Source: Armatimonadota bacterium
Lineage (GTDB): Bacteria; Armatimonadota; UBA10988
Length of the DNA: 11,788 bases
Assembly: GCA_016235455.1 (NCBI GenBank)
Contig: JACRKZ010000151.1
Span: 1-11,788 of the forward strand
Reading direction: 5' to 3'
Shown in pieces: positions 6,533 to 11,788 of the stretch. The notes beneath the pieces were generated by a model that saw only the letters and a list, made by a program, of their open reading frames with translations, searched no databases and was not told the origin of the DNA. Positions within the stretch are counted from its first letter, which is position 1. Each line of letters starts with the position of its first letter. A program made the position numbers and the translations under genes.

Positions 6533-6557
6533 GGAACCGTCGGGGATTGTCCTGTCT
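6533..6557 (+). promoter_or_regulatory. ECF-type (likely autoregulatory) promoter GGAAC-N16-GTCT
   Basis: GGAACC at 6533-6538 and GTCT at 6554-6557, 30 nt upstream of the ECF sigma ATG. Fits the general ECF 'AAC' -35 / 'GTC' -10 pattern. Confidence 0.55.
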
Positions 6558-6587
6558 CTTTCCCTGCCAAAGGAACGGCCGTAGGCG

Positions 6588-7151
6588 ATGCCGGATCTGG
6601 AACTCAAGGCGCTTGTGGAGCGAGCGCGCGGAGGCGATGACGCGGCGTTCGAGCAGCTCTACGAGCGGTTCGAGCGCGCTGTCTACGGGCTCTGCCGGCG
6701 TCTGCTCACCAGCGACGACGCCGCTGAGGACGCGGCGCAGCAGGTCTGGCTGGCCATCTGGCAGGGGCTGAGTTCGTTGCGGCAGCCCGAGGCCTTCACC
6801 TCGTGGCTGAAGCAGACGGCGACGCGGGTCTGCGGCCGCACCCAGCGCCGACGGCGCTGGTGGTCCTGGTGGAGCGAGGTGGAAGGCGATGACGCGCCGG
6901 ACCTCGACCCCGCCGACCAGGCACCGATGACGGTGGACTCCCTGGCCCGCGGCGAGCAGGACGAGGCCGTGCGCGCGGCGCTCGAGCGGCTGTCGCCCGA
7001 GCATCGCGAGGTGGTCGTGCTGCACCATCTCGAAGGGCTGGGCGTGGGTGAGATTGCGGTCACGCTGGGCGTGGCCACGGGTACGGTGAAATCGCGGCTG
7101 GGCCGCGCCAGGGCACACCTGGCACGGATCCTTGGGCCGCTGGCGGAGTGA
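6588..7151 (+). CDS. ECF (sigma-70 group 4) RNA polymerase sigma factor, RpoE/SigW-like, 187 aa
   Basis: Region 2: LVERARGGDDAAFEQLYERF...AEDAAQQVWLAIWQGLSSLRQPEAFTSWL. Region 4: ALERLSPEHREVVVLHHLEGLGVGEIAVTLGVATGTVKSRLGRAR. The stop overlaps the next start (GTGA). Confidence 0.95.
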   Translation: MPDLELKALVERARGGDDAAFEQLYERFERAVYGLCRRLLTSDDAAEDAAQQVWLAIWQGLSSLRQPEAFTSWLKQTATRVCGRTQRRRRWWSWWSEVEGDDAPDLDPADQAPMTVDSLARGEQDEAVRAALERLSPEHREVVVLHHLEGLGVGEIAVTLGVATGTVKSRLGRARAHLARILGPLAE

Positions 7152-7624
7152 CGGACATGCGTTGCGAGCGGGTACAAACACAACTGGCGAACGACCTGGG
7201 CGCCGCCCAGCGGTCGGCCCGCGTGGCCGAGCATCTGGCCGGCTGCGCGGCGTGCCGGGCCGAGGCGGCGCGCCTCAACGCCGTGGTGGCCGCCGTGGAG
7301 CGGCTGCCCATGCCCCAGGTGCCGGCCGACCTGCGGGCCAGGACCTTCGCCGCCATTGCTGAGCGCCGGCAGGCGACGCACCGCGCGGGCCCGGTGTGGC
7401 TGCGCCGGCCGGCGTTCGCCGCGTTAGCCGCCGGGATCGCGGCCGTCGCGTTCTTCGCGGGGCGGCCGTCGCCGTCGCCGATGCTGCAGGTGGAGGCTGG
7501 CTCCCTCTACTCCAGCCCGTATGCCGCGAGCCACGCGCTGGTGTCGGCGGGCAGCCCGCTGGCCGATAGCGCCGCACTGCACGCCATGGGCGCGCTGGCC
7601 GAGCGGGAAGAGCGACATCCATGA
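7148..7624 (+). CDS. Membrane anti-sigma factor with zinc-finger (ZAS/zf-HC2) domain, about 158 aa
   Basis: N-terminal C...HLAGCAAC (HxxxCxxC), single TM helix PAFAALAAGIAAVAFFAG, short extracytoplasmic tail with YAASH...PLAD. 4-bp overlaps with both neighbours; alternative start ATG 7157. Confidence 0.9.
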   Translation: MTDMRCERVQTQLANDLGAAQRSARVAEHLAGCAACRAEAARLNAVVAAVERLPMPQVPADLRARTFAAIAERRQATHRAGPVWLRRPAFAALAAGIAAVAFFAGRPSPSPMLQVEAGSLYSSPYAASHALVSAGSPLADSAALHAMGALAEREERHP

Positions 7625-8610
7625 GGAACGGACGCGTGATCCGCTGGGTCGGCCTGGTGCTGATCGGCGGGTTGCTGGTGGTGACAGTGCGCGTGGCGTC
7701 GCGTCTGGAGCGCCATGAGGCAGAGCGCTGGCTGGCGCGGGCCGCGGCGGCGCCACGTTCGGTGGCTTACCACGGCCGGGAGCAGGTGCGCTTCGCCTGG
7801 GGCAACAAGCAGATGGCCAGCGAGGTGCGCGTGGCTCATGAGCCGCCCGACCGCACGCGCCTGGACTACGCTGGGGCCGACCTGGACGGCGTCTGCGTGA
7901 TTACCGTCGGCGAGCACACCTGGCGCTACGATCCGCGCCTGAAGCGTACCGATGAGGCCACTGGCGCCGCCACCGACATACCAGCCAGCGTGGCCGGCTA
8001 TCGAGTGCGCGTGGGGCCCGGCGAGAGCGTCGCCGGCCGCGCCACGCGGCGCATCGACCTGACCGGCGCGGGCACCGCGCGCACGCTCTGGCTCGATGTG
8101 CAGACGGGCCTGCTGTTGCGCAGTCGCACCCGCCAGCCGACTGGCCAGAGCGCCGAGACCACCTTCGTCGAGTTGACCCTGGGCGCGCCCGCCGAGCCGG
8201 TCAGCTACGAGGCGCCCGGCGGCGCGACGCGCCATGCGGCCGAGACGCTGACCCCCGCGCAGATCGCGGCCAGGCTGGGCTTCGCGCTGGCCCAGCCCAA
8301 GTGGTTGCCGGCCGGCTTCCAGCCGGCCGGCGCATTCCTGTTCCGCTGCCCGTGCTGCGACATGCTCGCCGGCCAGTTGACCTACTCCAACGGCGTGGCG
8401 GCCTTCAGCCTGTTCGAGGGTCGGATCGAGGATGCCAGCTGCCTGGCCACCTCGCAGTGCTGCGGCACGGCGCAGTCGCAGGCGGCCTGCGTGGGCGCCA
8501 CGCGCGACGATGGCGTGGTGGTGGGCCGGCTCGACCGCCAGCCGGTGGTGCTGGCCGTGGGCGAGCTGCCCCAGACCGAGTTGCGCCGCGTGGTCGACTC
8601 CTGCTACTGA
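7621..8610 (+). CDS. MucB/RseB-like extracytoplasmic sigma-E regulatory protein (LolA-like fold) with Cys-rich C-terminal domain, 329 aa
   Basis: ATGA overlap with the anti-sigma gene; N-terminal hydrophobic segment; RseB/MucB-like motifs ESVAGR...I.L, RTLWLDVQTGLLLR, PKWLPAGF, YSNGVAAFSLFE and VGELP..EL.RV; third gene after an ECF and an anti-sigma. Confidence 0.82.
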   Translation: MRNGRVIRWVGLVLIGGLLVVTVRVASRLERHEAERWLARAAAAPRSVAYHGREQVRFAWGNKQMASEVRVAHEPPDRTRLDYAGADLDGVCVITVGEHTWRYDPRLKRTDEATGAATDIPASVAGYRVRVGPGESVAGRATRRIDLTGAGTARTLWLDVQTGLLLRSRTRQPTGQSAETTFVELTLGAPAEPVSYEAPGGATRHAAETLTPAQIAARLGFALAQPKWLPAGFQPAGAFLFRCPCCDMLAGQLTYSNGVAAFSLFEGRIEDASCLATSQCCGTAQSQAACVGATRDDGVVVGRLDRQPVVLAVGELPQTELRRVVDSCY

Positions 8611-9320
8611 CCCGCCAGCAGACGCGCACGGCCCAGCGGCCAGACGACCGCCACCGCCTTGCCGCGCAGCGTGCTCAGCGGCACGAACGGACTGCGCTCG
8701 AAGCGGCTGCTGTCGCGGCTGTCGCGCCGATTGTCGCCCAGCACGAAGACGCTGCCGGCTGGCACCGTCTGTGCGCTGACCACGCGGTCCGACGCATCGC
8801 GCGCGTACGGCTCGGTCAGTTCGCGACCGTTGAGCACCACGCGGCCACGGTCGTTGAGTGCGACCGTGTCACCTGCGATGGCGATGACCCGCTTGACCAC
8901 GTTGCCATGATCGAGCAGTGTGTTGGCCTCGGTCAGGCGGAAGACCACGACCTCGCCACGGCGCGGCGGGCGCATCAGGTAGATCAATCGGCTGACCAGC
9001 AGGCGGTCGGCCGGCCCGTCGATCTCCGGGGTGAGCGTGCCGTTGAGCGTGGGCGCCATGCTGGACGCCTGTACCATGACCACCTGCGCCACGAACGGCC
9101 TTACTACGCAGTAGGCGACGATGATCGTCAACAGGCCCGTGTCGAACCACTCCAGGCAGCCGCCGGAGCTGGTCTTGGCCGGGTCGGGCCGAGGCGCGCG
9201 CCGCGCCGTGCGCCGGCCCACGGCGAACAGCACCAGACGCGCCAGCAACAGCAGGAGCAGGAGCAACCCCACCACCGGGTCGAGATCCCACCGGCTGAGC
9301 AGCCGAGCCACGACGTCCAC
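8604..9320 (-). CDS. lepB: Signal peptidase I (S26)
   Basis: Two N-terminal hydrophobic segments; box B SSMAPTL (Ser), box C DRLLVSR, box D VVKRVIAIAGD (Lys), box E FVLGDNRRDSRDS. Start is uncertain: GTG 9320 is preferred (GGAG 8 nt upstream; a -10-like TAAGCT abuts ATG 9338), with ATG 9338 or TTG 9323 as alternatives. Confidence 0.9.
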   Translation of the reverse strand: MDVVARLLSRWDLDPVVGLLLLLLLLARLVLFAVGRRTARRAPRPDPAKTSSGGCLEWFDTGLLTIIVAYCVVRPFVAQVVMVQASSMAPTLNGTLTPEIDGPADRLLVSRLIYLMRPPRRGEVVVFRLTEANTLLDHGNVVKRVIAIAGDTVALNDRGRVVLNGRELTEPYARDASDRVVSAQTVPAGSVFVLGDNRRDSRDSSRFERSPFVPLSTLRGKAVAVVWPLGRARLLAGQ

Positions 9321-9470
9321 CAAACCATCTCCGCCCATAGCTTAACGCGCAGGAGTCCAGAGCGGCAAGCCTCGGGGCGGGGGACGGACCCGTTGCTCCT
9401 GCCCACGGTGCACGCCCCATGCCGGCAGGACGCACCATGAACCTGGCGAAGCAAGCTGACGGAGCCCGCC

Positions 9471-10715
9471 GTGCCCAAGCGACCGACCCTCGACGAACTG
9501 CCCATCTTCCAGAACTACAGTTGCCACGCCTGCGGCAAGTGCTGTGGCGGCAACCTGGCGGTGCTGGTCACGCCGGCCGAGGCCGACATGATCGTCAAGC
9601 AGGGCTGGCTCGACGACCCGGACTACACCGGTCGGCAGCTGTTTGTCGAGCGGGCGGGCAACCTCTACTTCGCGCAGAACGGCGACCAGGGCTGCGTCTT
9701 CCTGGATCCGAAGGGCGGCTGCCGTATCCACGCGCGGTTCGGATTGGCGGGCAAGCCGCTGTCCTGCCGGTTCTACCCGCACCTGTTCATCCCCGCGGGC
9801 GATGGCGTGCGGGTGGACGTGCGCTTCGACTGCGTCAGCGTGGCGGGCAACAAGGGCGAGCCGCTGAGCGCGCAGCGCGCCTACCTCGAATCCGTCCTGC
9901 CCGAGGTGGTGCCCGAGATCGACCTGGAGCCGGTGCCGTTGCGGCCCGGCGTCGAATGGTCGCAAGGCCAACTCGACCGGGTGAGCGAGGCGTTCGACAC
10001 GCTCATCACCGCCGACGAGGTCGATCTGACCCGCCGCGTCATCGGGGCGGTCAACCTGGCGGTGATGCTCGACACCGCGGCCATGGCGGCGGTGGACGAG
10101 GATCAGCTCGACGTCCTGTTGGCCGCGGCCATCGCCAAGCTGCTCGACGCGCTGCCCCAGGACCCGCTGCAGCGGCTGCGCCCGCCGCGTGGCGTGCGCA
10201 CCATGTTCCGTCAGACGCTCGGTCTGTATGGCCGCATCGACCGCATTTCGCGCCGCGTGCCTACCGGCGAGCGGCTGCGTCAGGCGCTCGCCCTGGCTTC
10301 GGGGCGCGGGCTGGTGCCCAAGCTGCGGCCCGAGTGGCCCCACGTGCCCTTCGACCGGATCGAGGGCGAATGGGGCGTGCCCGACGGCGATGCCGCGGCC
10401 ACCTTGGTCCGCTTCTACCGGGTGAAGCTGGCCGCGCAGTCCTTCTGCGGCGCCGGGTTCTTCGGCGAGGACTACCTGCCCGGCGTCCTGGCGTTGTGGC
10501 TGACCTACCCGGTGACACTGTGGATGGCGCGGCTGTATGCCGCCGGCGACGGTCGCCAGGTGGTCACCGACGCCGATGTGCAGCTCGCCCTGCAGGTGGT
10601 CGACCACCGCCACGGCCGTACGCCGCAGCAGGCGCTGCCGGGCGAGCGGTCGCGGACCCGAGCGCTGTGCAACCGCGACATCCTGCGCGCGCTGGTCGTC
10701 TGGTACGGCAGCTAG
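9471..10715 (+). CDS. YkgJ-family CxxCxxCC cysteine-cluster protein with long C-terminal extension (FliB/lysine-N-methylase-like architecture), 414 aa
   Basis: GTG 9471 with GGAG at 9461-9464. YSCHACGKCCGG, GCVFL....GCRIH, KP.SCRFYP and FDC give the eight-Cys pattern of the YkgJ/FliB-type metal or Fe-S domain, followed by a helical C-terminal region of about 290 aa. Confidence 0.82.
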   Translation: MPKRPTLDELPIFQNYSCHACGKCCGGNLAVLVTPAEADMIVKQGWLDDPDYTGRQLFVERAGNLYFAQNGDQGCVFLDPKGGCRIHARFGLAGKPLSCRFYPHLFIPAGDGVRVDVRFDCVSVAGNKGEPLSAQRAYLESVLPEVVPEIDLEPVPLRPGVEWSQGQLDRVSEAFDTLITADEVDLTRRVIGAVNLAVMLDTAAMAAVDEDQLDVLLAAAIAKLLDALPQDPLQRLRPPRGVRTMFRQTLGLYGRIDRISRRVPTGERLRQALALASGRGLVPKLRPEWPHVPFDRIEGEWGVPDGDAAATLVRFYRVKLAAQSFCGAGFFGEDYLPGVLALWLTYPVTLWMARLYAAGDGRQVVTDADVQLALQVVDHRHGRTPQQALPGERSRTRALCNRDILRALVVWYGS

Positions 10716-11788
10716 TCAGTCCACCCGCACCTGCTCAAAGCGCGCGGTGCTGCTGGTGGGGTTGCGGTCGGCGGTGACCCACAGCCCGACCTTCAGCCGC
10801 GGCGTGAAGGCGCCGGCGTGCCGTGCCAGCGGCTCGCCCCAGTTCACACCGTCGGCCGAGGTGCTGACCGTGAACGTGTCGCCGGTCCGTTGCAGCTTGA
10901 GCCAGGCGGGCAGGGCCAGCTTGCCCAGTTTGGTGCGCGGGTTCTCATCGGCAGGCGAGTCGCGCCAAGTGAGCAGGGCCTCGCCCGACGGCTGCACGCC
11001 AACGGCCACGAATCGTGACTCGCGGTCCAGAGTCTCGCGCAACATGAGCCCCGCCAGCGCGCCGTCGCTGCTACGGCTGGGCGCTCCGACCCGCGCGGCG
11101 ACCGCGCAGTCGCCGTCGCGCGGCTGACTGAGCAGCGCGAACTGGTCCCAGTTGCGCTTCCACCAGCGACCAATGCCCATGCCCCCGCCGGTGAGGGTGA
11201 AGGCGCCGTCGGCAAACCGCGCCTCGCCTGGCACGTGCGGGCTATTGACCTCCGCCAGCGTCCACGGCGTCGGCAATGTGCTCCTCGTGACGGTGACCGT
11301 GCAGCCGGCCGCGCGTTTGCCGTCGGCGCTGCGCGCGGTGACCTGACAGCGGCCGACGCCGACACCCATGACCATCGCCGTGCGGTCGCCGATGCGCCTG
11401 ACCGTGGCCACGGCCGGGTTGTCGCTGGTCCAAGCCACGGCCTTGTCGAAGGAGTTCGCCGGCAAGGTGGTCACGTTCAGCGCCGCGCGGCCGGCGGCGG
11501 GCAGGCTCAGCGTTGCGCGGTCCAGCTTCAGGCTGGCCACGGCGATGCCGGGCCTGGCTTCGATGTGTTCCAGCAGCGCCAGCTCAGCCACTGGGGCCTT
11601 GTCACCGCCAGTGAAGCGCAGACGGTAGCTGGTGTAGGCGACCGTGTTGGTCAGGCGGAAGGTGCGCGGCCCGCCCGCAGCGCGCAGCGGCTCGGCGGTG
11701 TGCGTGTCGAGCCGGACCCAGTTGGCGCCGCCGTCGGCCGAGGCTTCCAGCGCCCAACTGCGCGGCTGCTCGTCGGGCACGGTGACGG
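10716..11788 (-). CDS. 3' part of a large modular, probably secreted carbohydrate-active/binding protein: discoidin (F5/8-like) end + Ig-like (Big_2-like) + ConA-like beta-sandwich (DUF1349-like); 5'-truncated
   Basis: The frame stays open to the window edge. PRSWALEASADGGANWVRLD...YTSYRLRF (discoidin-like); VASLKLDRATLSL...PANSFDKAVAWTSDNPAVATV (Big_2-like); DQF....QP.DGD....ARV...AGLMLRETL...WLKLQRTGDTFTVSTSADGVNW (ConA-like). TGA at 10718-10716 abuts the convergent TAG at 10713-10715. Confidence 0.8.
   Translation of the reverse strand, partial: VTVPDEQPRSWALEASADGGANWVRLDTHTAEPLRAAGGPRTFRLTNTVAYTSYRLRFTGGDKAPVAELALLEHIEARPGIAVASLKLDRATLSLPAAGRAALNVTTLPANSFDKAVAWTSDNPAVATVRRIGDRTAMVMGVGVGRCQVTARSADGKRAAGCTVTVTRSTLPTPWTLAEVNSPHVPGEARFADGAFTLTGGGMGIGRWWKRNWDQFALLSQPRDGDCAVAARVGAPSRSSDGALAGLMLRETLDRESRFVAVGVQPSGEALLTWRDSPADENPRTKLGKLALPAWLKLQRTGDTFTVSTSADGVNWGEPLARHAGAFTPRLKVGLWVTADRNPTSSTARFEQVRVD

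Noticed and set aside
6468-7181. N-terminal 238 aa of the 777-aa minus ORF 4848..7181
   Set aside because: Antisense to the ECF sigma gene. The signal peptide, SD and extended -10 all point to TTG 6467 as the start.
9354-9415. TCCAGAG...GGGA..GACCC...GGTGC resembling SAM-I riboswitch fragments
   Set aside because: The essential GCAACC segment and a closing P1 strand are missing and the spacing is wrong; kept only as a generic structured-leader candidate.
9342-10777. Long alternative ORFs 9342..10613 (-) and 9419..10777 (+), and similar Arg/Pro/Ala-rich ORFs elsewhere such as 8301..9440
   Set aside because: Off-frame or antisense products expected in high-GC DNA; they overlap genes with clear family motifs.
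1-11788. CRISPR arrays, tRNA/rRNA, transposases, integrases, toxin-antitoxin or defence genes
   Set aside because: No regularly spaced repeats, cloverleaf or rRNA-like segments, terminal inverted repeats or relevant protein motifs were seen. Intergenic gaps are all under about 150 bp.

Overview
High-GC (roughly 70% by eye) bacterial chromosomal window with 12 protein-coding genes. I found no RNA gene, CRISPR array or mobile element that I can support. Left to right: (1) a minus-strand gene missing from the ORF track because it runs off the left edge, encoding a signal peptide, an ATPase-less Lon/S16 protease domain (Ser121/Lys164), a TPR-like helical region and Ig-like repeats; (2) a divergent galactonate dehydratase (dgoD-like); (3) a 100-aa hypothetical protein; (4) a Tat-exported Rieske protein lacking the usual disulfide cysteines; (5) an orphan OmpR/PhoB response regulator; (6) a convergent secreted beta-propeller/Pro-linker protein; (7-9) an operon of ECF sigma factor, zinc-finger (ZAS) membrane anti-sigma and a MucB/RseB-like protein with an unusually Cys-rich C-terminal domain; (10) a convergent signal peptidase I; (11) a YkgJ/FliB-like CxxCxxCC protein; (12) the 3' end of a large modular carbohydrate-binding protein (discoidin-like, Ig-like and ConA-like domains). 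The best candidates for undescribed biology are the Cys-rich RseB ECF module (possible metal/redox envelope sensor) and the exported Lon-type protease with TPR/Ig domains. All calls come from motif recognition by eye; no searches were run.
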